DNA of 4,420 bases from a virus (lineage: Duplodnaviria > Heunggongvirae > Uroviricota > Caudoviricetes): IMG/VR virus record IMGVR_UViG_2706794686_000006; one strand, 5' to 3'. Shown piece by piece: positions 1 to 4,420 of the stretch. Made by a program: the position numbers and the translations under genes. Under the pieces are notes generated by a model that was not told the DNA's origin, did no database searches, and saw only the letters and a program-made list of their open reading frames with translations. How positions within the stretch are numbered: position 1 is the stretch's first letter; each line of letters starts with the position of its first letter.

Positions 1-51
1 GGGGAATATCTCCCCGGCAGCCTTCAGGGAAAAATATCATCAGATGGCTGC

Positions 52-405
52 TTAAAAAAAGAACAAATGGTAGTGTCCGCTATTGCCAGTACACCTCAAT
101 TGCTCTGCGGCTTCGCTCAGAGCTGGCGTATGTTCCCGGCCTACTGATTCACACAGGTAATCAACGAAACCGGACACCAGTTTTCGTTCGCGAGGCGTGA
201 TCGCCCCACCGACCGGAGTCCAGTAATCGAAACCCAGTTGCAGGAGTTTGAAAAAACGCTTGTGGAATGCGTAGTTACACACACGCTTAAAGTCTGCGTG
301 TATCCACTCACCTATTTTGATTTGATGCAGAAAATCGCAACTCTCCGGCGTCGCCGGGAGAAGTAATCCGGAAGAGGTTTGTTTGACCAGTTGTATATGT
401 GCCAT
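52..405 (-). CDS. hypothetical prophage protein, about 117 aa (MAHIQLVKQTSSGLLLPATPESCDF...)
   Basis: Open frame on the minus strand ending at TAA (plus 52-54). The first ATG is at 405-403 with GGAG about 7 nt upstream. The track start at 447 is a TTG overlapping the upstream stop, so I prefer ATG 405. No family recognised. Confidence 0.55.
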   Translation of the reverse strand: MAHIQLVKQTSSGLLLPATPESCDFLHQIKIGEWIHADFKRVCNYAFHKRFFKLLQLGFDYWTPVGGAITPRERKLVSGFVDYLCESVGREHTPALSEAAEQLRCTGNSGHYHLFFF

Positions 406-443
406 CGGCTTTCTCCGGTGGCACGGTGTTACACAGCAGGAGT

Positions 444-731
444 TCAATCCTGCTCAAGATTGTAGATGAGTTTATTCTTCAGCAAAAGCAGAAAACCAGC
501 CTTAAAACCAATCTCTTTCAAAACCCGTAATGATGTGACAAATTCGTCCTCACGCAAAATAAAACCGTCCGTCAGAAGTCCATTACAAAAATAAAATAAC
601 ACAGCACCGCTCTTCCTTTGTTGAGATTGCAAACATCTAATGCGGCAATGGCTGACAATCGCTCCATTCTCAACGCGCACAGCATAGAGGCCATTTTCAC
701 TAAAAATTTCACGCAATTCTTCGATTTTCAT
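444..731 (-). CDS. hypothetical small protein, 95 aa (MKIEELREIFSENG...)
   Basis: Minus-strand ORF with ATG at 731-729, preceded by GGAAGGA about 8 nt upstream; stop TGA at plus 444-446. Same orientation as and closely spaced with neighbouring genes. No family recognised. Confidence 0.55.
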   Translation of the reverse strand: MKIEELREIFSENGLYAVRVENGAIVSHCRIRCLQSQQRKSGAVLFYFCNGLLTDGFILREDEFVTSLRVLKEIGFKAGFLLLLKNKLIYNLEQD

Positions 732-1064
732 CTTCAGAATCCTTCCAGATAAATAGCTCTCCCCTGTTCGGGGTCCATCCCTCTTCTCCCTGCGCGCTAC
801 NNNNNNNNNNNNNNNNNNNNNNNNNNNNNNNNNNNNNNNNNNNNNNNNNNNNNNNNNNNNNNNNNNNNNNNNNNNNNNNNNNNNNNNNNNNNNNNNNNNN
901 NNNNNNNNNNNNNNNNNNNNNNNNNNNNNNNNNNNNNNNNNNNNNNNNNNNNNNNNNNNNNNNNNNNNNNNNNNNNNNNNNNNNNNNNNNNNNNNNNNNN
1001 NNNNNNNNNNNNNNNNNNNNNNNNNNNNNNNNNNNNNNNNNNNNNNNNNNNNNNNNNNNNNNNN

Positions 1065-1156
1065 TCACAGAGGTCTTTCCTCGTTACCAGTGCCGTCACT
1101 ATGACGGTTAAACAGATGACGATCAGGGCGATTAACATCGCCTTTTGCTGCTTCAT
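1065..1156 (-). CDS. hokD: Hok/Gef-family type I toxin (membrane peptide); only the first 30 codons are visible, the 3' end is in the N-block
   Basis: Minus-strand translation from ATG 1156-1154 gives MKQQKAMLIALIVICLTVIVTALVTRKDLC, a single hydrophobic helix followed by the RKDLC motif typical of Hok proteins. It matches my recollection of the E. coli HokD/RelF N-terminus. Checked codon by codon against the sequence. Confidence 0.8.
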
Positions 1157-1438
1157 AGCCTGCTNNNNNNNNNNNNNNNNNNNNNNNNNNNNNNNNNNNN
1201 NNNNNNNNNNNNNNNNNNNNNNNNNNNNNNNNNNNNNNNNNNNNNNNNNNNNNNNNNNNNNNNNNNNNNNNNNNNNNNNNNNNNNNNNNNNNNNNNNNNN
1301 NNNNNNNNNNNNNNNNNNNNNNNNNNNNNNNNNNNNNNNNNNNNNNNNNNNNNNNNNNNNNNNNNNNNNNNNNNNNNNNNNNNNNNNNNNNNNNNNNNNN
1401 NNNNNNNNNNNNNNNNNNNNNNNNNNNNNNNNNNNNNN

Positions 1439-2083
1439 GATAAGAGGGCGTCCCTGAGATTTGCGGTGTAGATTGGTATCGCGCAGAGAATACACACAGC
1501 CACAATATTCCTGCTGATAGAATTTTTCGCGCTTGCTGATTTCAATCATACGGGACGAGCCGCCCTGCTTGCGCCAGTTATAATCCCAGTACACCATGCC
1601 CGGATAATGCGCGACGGCTCGCCGCCCACAGTCGTTAACCTGCTGCATATTTTTCCAGCGTGAAATGCCCAGTGAACTGCTGATCACACTGAAACCATTT
1701 TCAGCGGCGTACAGCGCTGTCCGCTCAAAACGCATGTCAAAACACATGGTGCAACGGATCCCTCGTTCGGGCTCCCATTCCATTCCTTTGGCTCGTTCAA
1801 ACCAGTTGTCTGTGTCGTAATCAGCATCAATAAACGGCACGCCGTGTTGTTCAGCAAAGCGAATATTCTCATCCTTACGAATTAAATACTCTTTCTGAGG
1901 ATGAATGTTCGGGTTGTAGAAAAAGATGGTGTAGTCGATTCCCGAGGCCTGAAGCGCCTCCATCACCTCACCGGAACATGGAGCACAGCAAGAGTGCAGT
2001 AGTAGTTTGTTTGCCCCGTTTGGGAGCTCCAATTTGGGCCGTTTGAAATCAGCAACTGTCATAAATATGTTTATTGGGGTCAT
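1439..2083 (-). CDS. queH: QueH-like (DUF208) Fe-S protein, epoxyqueuosine reductase homologue; 3' end lies in the masked block
   Basis: Minus-strand ORF from ATG 2083 (alternative ATG 2062). The translation carries the cysteine motifs I associate with QueH/DUF208: [20 protein letters not shown] and YCGCVYS. About 215 codons are visible before the N-block. Neither ATG has a Shine-Dalgarno sequence; the upstream region is AT-rich. Confidence 0.75.
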
Positions 2084-2230
2084 AAAAATATCAAAGAGTG
2101 TAGCATTAGAACGGGGCTATCGGAAACAGATGTGTGACTGCTCCCCGCCCTTTCGGGTGGTCTCCTGATGATTTGAGGGTGCAGAAATCCCTCCGGTTAA
2201 GGATTAAATTTTTAACAGTGCTAAATTTAA

Positions 2231-2644
2231 TTATTCAGTTCTGGATTTTGTCGCCCTGCGTATCCGCGCTTTCGCGTTACGCTCAATCTGTATCAGCTTT
2301 TCTATATTTCTCCGCCTTTCCTGTTCCTCCTGGCGCAATAGCCTTACATCATCTGCCAGTCTGGTTTCTCTTTTTGCCACAGAGAGCATCCAGTCAAACG
2401 GCTCCACAACCGCACCGCAGATTTTACAGCGGACCTGACGCTCTTTTTCGTCAACCCGTACAGAGGCGTGATGGCAATATGGTCTTTCCGATGGCTCATA
2501 AAGAAAATTAACCTGATTACGAGGGTCATCCTCTTTTACCGGAAATAAAACGATATTGCTTAACTCATCTTCTGGTTTTATTTCCATGCTCCTCTCCTTT
2601 GATGCGAATGCCAGCGGTAATTGAAGCCTGATAGCTAATTTCAT
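2231..2644 (-). CDS. zinc-ribbon plus coiled-coil protein of unknown function (start at ATG 2644, or ATG 2587 giving 118 aa)
   Basis: Minus-strand ORF. ATG 2644 abuts the upstream stop (TGAATG) with GGAGG 11 nt upstream. An internal ATG at 2587 is preceded by AAAGGAGAGGAG. The product has PYCHH...CKIC (a C/H ... CxxC ribbon-like pattern) and a charged C-terminal helix (RLLRQEEQERRRNIEKLIQIERNAKARIRR). Confidence 0.6.
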   Translation of the reverse strand: MKLAIRLQLPLAFASKERSMEIKPEDELSNIVLFPVKEDDPRNQVNFLYEPSERPYCHHASVRVDEKERQVRCKICGAVVEPFDWMLSVAKRETRLADDVRLLRQEEQERRRNIEKLIQIERNAKARIRRATKSRTE

Positions 2645-3067
2645 TCACAGTATCGCCTCCTGAAAATTACCCTGATAGAAAGCCAGTACACGCTGCATAG
2701 CTTCGCTCTTCCGGCACTCGCGACAGATTATATTCAGGCGCCTGTCGTAGCGGCGTATTTCTCCGTCAGGTAATGACCAGATAAGGTCCGGATCAACAAC
2801 AACCGGTTTCCTCACCTTTACTCTCGAGAGTTTTTTGCGGGCGCTTTGCCAGTCCTTGCGAGCCTGTTCAGACGGGAATAAGCCGTAGCCAGAATTATAT
2901 ACATCACCACTTGCGACCAGTTCTATGCATAAGCGACCGACAGACGCACGACTGATACCTGTTTCATCTGACAACTGCCGAATCGTGACCCGACCGTCCT
3001 GATGCACGAGTTCCACAATTCGCGTCTTCAGTTCTTCCCGCTGTTCGGGAGTAAAAGGTTTCGCCAT
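2645..3067 (-). CDS. winged-helix/HTH DNA-binding protein, 140 aa
   Basis: Minus-strand ORF with ATG 3067-3065 preceded by AGGAGG (3077-3072); stop TGA at plus 2645-2647. The N-terminal segment TIRQLSDETGISRASVGRLCIELVASGDV looks like a helix-turn-helix recognition unit. It sits 14 nt downstream of the preceding gene's stop. Confidence 0.7.
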   Translation of the reverse strand: MAKPFTPEQREELKTRIVELVHQDGRVTIRQLSDETGISRASVGRLCIELVASGDVYNSGYGLFPSEQARKDWQSARKKLSRVKVRKPVVVDPDLIWSLPDGEIRRYDRRLNIICRECRKSEAMQRVLAFYQGNFQEAIL

Positions 3068-3081
3068 AAATCCTCCTGAAA

Positions 3082-3918
3082 CTACTTAACAACCCTCGAA
3101 TGGCTAACATTCGGACGCCAGCTCTCCCAGTTAAAATTCACCCAGCGNNNNNNNNNNNNNNNNNNNNNNNNNNNNNNNNNNNNNNNNNNNNNNNNNNNNN
3201 NNNNNNNNNNNNNNNNNNNNNNNNNNNNNNNNNNNNNNNNNNNNNNNNNNNNNNNNNNNNNNNNNNNNNNNNNNNNNNNNNNNNNNNNNNNNNNNNNNNN
3301 NNNNNNNNNNNNNNNNNNNNNNNNNNNNNNNNNNNNNNNNNNNNNNNNNNNNNNNNNNNNNNNNNNNNNNNNNNNNNNNNNNNNNNNNNNNNNNNNNNNN
3401 NNNNNNNNNNNNNNNNNNNNNNNNATTCGCAAACGAGCATTTACGGTGCAACGGCTGGATGCCTGAGCGATTCNNNNNNNNNNNNNNNNNNNNNNNNNNN
3501 NNNNNNNNNNNNNNNNNNNNNNNNNNNNNNNNNNNNNNNNNNNNNNNNNNNNNNNNNNNNNNNNNNNNNNNNNNNNNNNNNNNNNNNNNNNNNNNNNNNN
3601 NNNNNNNNNNNNNNNNNNNNNNNNNNNNNNNNNNNNNNNNNNNNNNNNNNNNNNNNNNNNNNNNNNNNNNNNNNNNNNNNNNNNNNNNNNNNNNNNNNNN
3701 NNNNNNNNNNNNNNNNNNNNNNNNNNNNNNNNNNNNGGCGCGAACAGGCCCTGGTATTCATTGGCGATGCTGTGTCGAATCACCTGCTCAGGTGTAAAAC
3801 CCTGCTGACGGAATTTTTCCAGTTCCCGTATCGCCCCGTTAGCGCCCTGCTCCGTTCGAATCGGTTTTCGCAATGCCTGTCTGAACCGGACCCACTCATG
3901 CCAGAGTGTTTCCGGCAA
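3082..3918 (-). CDS. C-terminal portion of a replication-initiator/replisome-organiser-like protein; middle is N-masked; probably not an independent gene
   Basis: The visible 60 codons (3918 to 3739) read LPETLWHEWVRFRQALRKPIRTEQGANGAIRELEKFRQQGFTPEQVIRHSIANEYQGLFA. From memory this resembles the conserved C-terminal domain of phage replication proteins (W..F...R...P.T......L..F...G......V..SI.N.W.GLF). The nominal start is TTG with no SD, and the frame is open upstream to 3984. Stop TAG is at plus 3082-3084. Continuity across the two N-blocks cannot be verified. Confidence 0.45.
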   Translation of the reverse strand: MPETLWHEWVRFRQALRKPIRTEQGANGAIRELEKFRQQGFTPEQVIRHSIANEYQGLFAXXXXXXXXXXXXXXXXXXXXXXXXXXXXXXXXXXXXXXXXXXXXXXXXXXXXXXXXXXXXXXXXXXXXXXXXXXXXXXXXXXXXXXXXXIAQASSRCTVNARLRXXXXXXXXXXXXXXXXXXXXXXXXXXXXXXXXXXXXXXXXXXXXXXXXXXXXXXXXXXXXXXXXXXXXXXXXXXXXXXXXXXXXXXXXXXXXXRWVNFNWESWRPNVSHSRVVK

Positions 3919-3950
3919 CCAATCGGGCAGCTCAATAGCCTCCGGCTCGA

Positions 3951-3957
3951 ATTTTTT
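3951..3957 (-). other. A_AAA_AAU heptamer in frame C, at the frame C to frame B break (A6 run)
   Basis: The minus strand reads cta aaa aat tcg in frame C (L K N S). Frame B, at -1 relative to it, reads tct aaa aaa ttc gag and continues into the conserved C-terminal domain. Confidence 0.4.
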
Positions 3958-3997
3958 AGACGCTCGTTTTTGGCGAGGGGGAGATCAGTATTTAGAT

Positions 3998-4015
3998 CTT
4001 CCTCTTCCTCTTCCT
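3998..4015. repeat. perfect tandem hexamer (CTTCCT)x3; on the minus strand (AGGAAG)x3
   Basis: Read directly: cttcct cttcct cttcct at 3998-4015. In minus frame C it encodes EEEEEE; on the plus strand it produces the poly-Ser tail of the spurious 3100..4032 ORF. Confidence 0.9.
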
Positions 4016-4018
4016 CTG

Positions 4019-4060
4019 GTAACGCTTTTTGATCCGTTTGTGTAACGCTGGCAGCGTTAC
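4019..4060. repeat. cluster of GTAACGCT motifs including a 19-bp perfect palindrome (iteron- or operator-like)
   Basis: GTAACGCT occurs at 4019-4026 and 4042-4049, and its reverse complement AGCGTTAC at 4053-4060. The span 4042-4060 (gtaacgctg g cagcgttac) is a perfect inverted repeat with 9-bp arms. Degenerate copies lie at 4087-4091 (GTTAC) and 4102-4106 (GTAAC). The direct copies are 23 bp apart. Confidence 0.5.
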
Positions 4061-4070
4061 CTTTTCGTTT
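4042..4070 (+). terminator. candidate plus-strand intrinsic terminator (8-bp stem, 3-nt loop, then CTTTTCGTTT)
   Basis: The palindrome 4042-4060 can fold as an 8-bp stem with loop GGC in plus-strand RNA and is followed by a T-rich tract at 4061-4070. The minus-strand version is not followed by U residues. No convincing promoter was found upstream, so this is tentative. Confidence 0.3.
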
Positions 4071-4087
4071 CAGTTCGCGTATTTTTG

Positions 4088-4351
4088 TTACTCGCTCGTT
4101 TGTAACCGCCCGTTTTTTTTAGAGCTTTTTCCGTTATGACGTTCAAAGTTAGGTAGAGAAAGCCCTCCGTCATTTTCGACCAGCCATCCAACCTGAATTA
4201 ACGCATCAGCAAAACCAGACATAAAAGTGATGCGATCTATTGCACTTTTTGTAACGCCGCGAGCGTTACAATCTGCATTACCGTCTATCATTTGTTGATC
4301 CGCCCATGCCCAGAAGCGAATAACCTGAGGTAGCCTGAGTTTAACGGACAC
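4088..4351 (-). CDS. 87-codon ORF, possibly the N-terminal DNA-binding segment of the same replication-initiator-like gene
   Basis: Minus-strand ORF starting at GTG 4351, with AGGAAGGA immediately upstream at poor spacing; an internal ATG lies at 4291. It ends at TAA (plus 4088-4090). The translation (FWAWADQQMIDGN...ADALIQVGWLVENDGGLSLPNFERHNGKSSKK) loosely resembles N-terminal domains of phage replication initiators; this is a weak call made from memory. Confidence 0.45.
   Translation of the reverse strand: MSVKLRLPQVIRFWAWADQQMIDGNADCNARGVTKSAIDRITFMSGFADALIQVGWLVENDGGLSLPNFERHNGKSSKKNGRLQTSE
4112..4118 (-). other. A_AAA_AAC heptamer in the zero frame of the 87-codon ORF, at the frame A to frame C break (within an A8 run)
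   Basis: The minus strand reads tct aaa aaa aac ggg in the ORF frame (S K K N G). The -1 frame entered from this heptamer is open for 112 codons (4118 to 3783). Confidence 0.4.
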
Positions 4352-4389
4352 TCCTTCCTGAAATAGAATGGCATCAGAAGGAGCTAATA

Positions 4390-4420
4390 ATGAGCAGAAA
4401 AACCCAACGTTACTCTAAAG
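4390..4420 (+). CDS. 5' end of a divergently oriented gene (MSRKTQRYSK...), runs off the window
   Basis: ATG at 4390 is preceded by GAAGGAG (4377-4383) with a 6-nt spacer, a strong translation-initiation context. Only 10 codons are visible, so identity is unknown. Confidence 0.3.
   Translation, partial: MSRKTQRYSK

Noticed and set aside
1-51. Hairpin GGGGA-ATATC-TCCCC (1-15) as terminator of the minus-strand operon
   Set aside because: It sits at the window edge and the downstream sequence needed to see a U-tract is missing.
406-447. N-terminal extension of the first gene (track start at 447)
   Set aside because: The track start is a TTG overlapping the upstream stop; the first ATG at 405 has a GGAG at proper spacing.
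761-773. Hairpin CCCC-TGTTC-GGGG as a terminator after hok
   Set aside because: Only a 4-bp stem and no clean U-run on the minus strand; too weak to call.
1165-1438. relB/relE antitoxin-toxin pair upstream of hok, as in the E. coli K-12 hokD locus
   Set aside because: The masked gap (274 nt, part of it QueH-like 3' end) is too short for two genes of about 80 and 95 codons.
709-1545. Track ORFs 709..1068(-), 1065..1505(-), 1101..1457(+), 1145..1471(+), 1153..1545(-)
   Set aside because: Each is almost entirely X from masked sequence with only short real flanks; no independent support.
797-2083. Track ORF of 428 aa spanning two N-blocks
   Set aside because: N codons are translated as X, so this fuses the QueH-like gene, a masked block, the hok N-terminus and another masked block. 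I split it into a QueH-like gene (1439-2083) and hok (from 1156).
2134-2511. Plus-strand 125-aa ORF
   Set aside because: GTG start with no RBS, low-complexity translation, and antisense to the zinc-ribbon gene.
1684-2529. Short minus-strand ORFs 1684..1872 and 2344..2529
   Set aside because: Alternative frames nested inside the QueH-like and zinc-ribbon genes, with no start signals of their own.
801-3736. N-runs as assembly gaps or scaffold joins
   Set aside because: The four blocks are of near-uniform length (263-277 nt) and fall inside genes, which looks like deliberate masking; no biology is inferred from them.
3131-3797. Track ORFs 3131..3451(-), 3138..3440(-), 3441..3761(-), 3459..3797(+)
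   Set aside because: Masking artefacts dominated by X; they only mark stop positions in alternative frames.
3100-4032. Plus-strand 310-aa ORF
   Set aside because: Mostly masked. The unmasked part is antisense to better-supported minus-strand coding, and its poly-Ser tail comes from the CTTCCT repeat.
3998-4060. CRISPR array
   Set aside because: The repeats are 6-8 bp units without spacers of regular length, not a repeat-spacer array.

Overview
The unmasked sequence reads as a minus-strand accessory block resembling the replication-to-nin-like part of an enterobacterial lambdoid prophage. From high to low coordinate it carries: a replication-initiator-like gene that is broken across three reading frames around an iteron-like repeat region; a winged-helix protein gene; a zinc-ribbon/coiled-coil protein gene; a QueH-like (DUF208) Fe-S enzyme gene; a Hok-family type I toxin gene; and two small hypothetical genes. 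A possible divergent gene starts at the right edge. Four N-masked blocks (801-1064, 1165-1438, 3148-3424, 3474-3736) hide the 3' ends of the hok and QueH-like genes, any hok leader or antisense elements, and most of the replication gene C-terminus, so several long ORFs in the supplied track are masking artefacts. No rRNA, tRNA, CRISPR array or transposase signature is visible. All family assignments are from reading the translations and recalled motifs; no database search was run.
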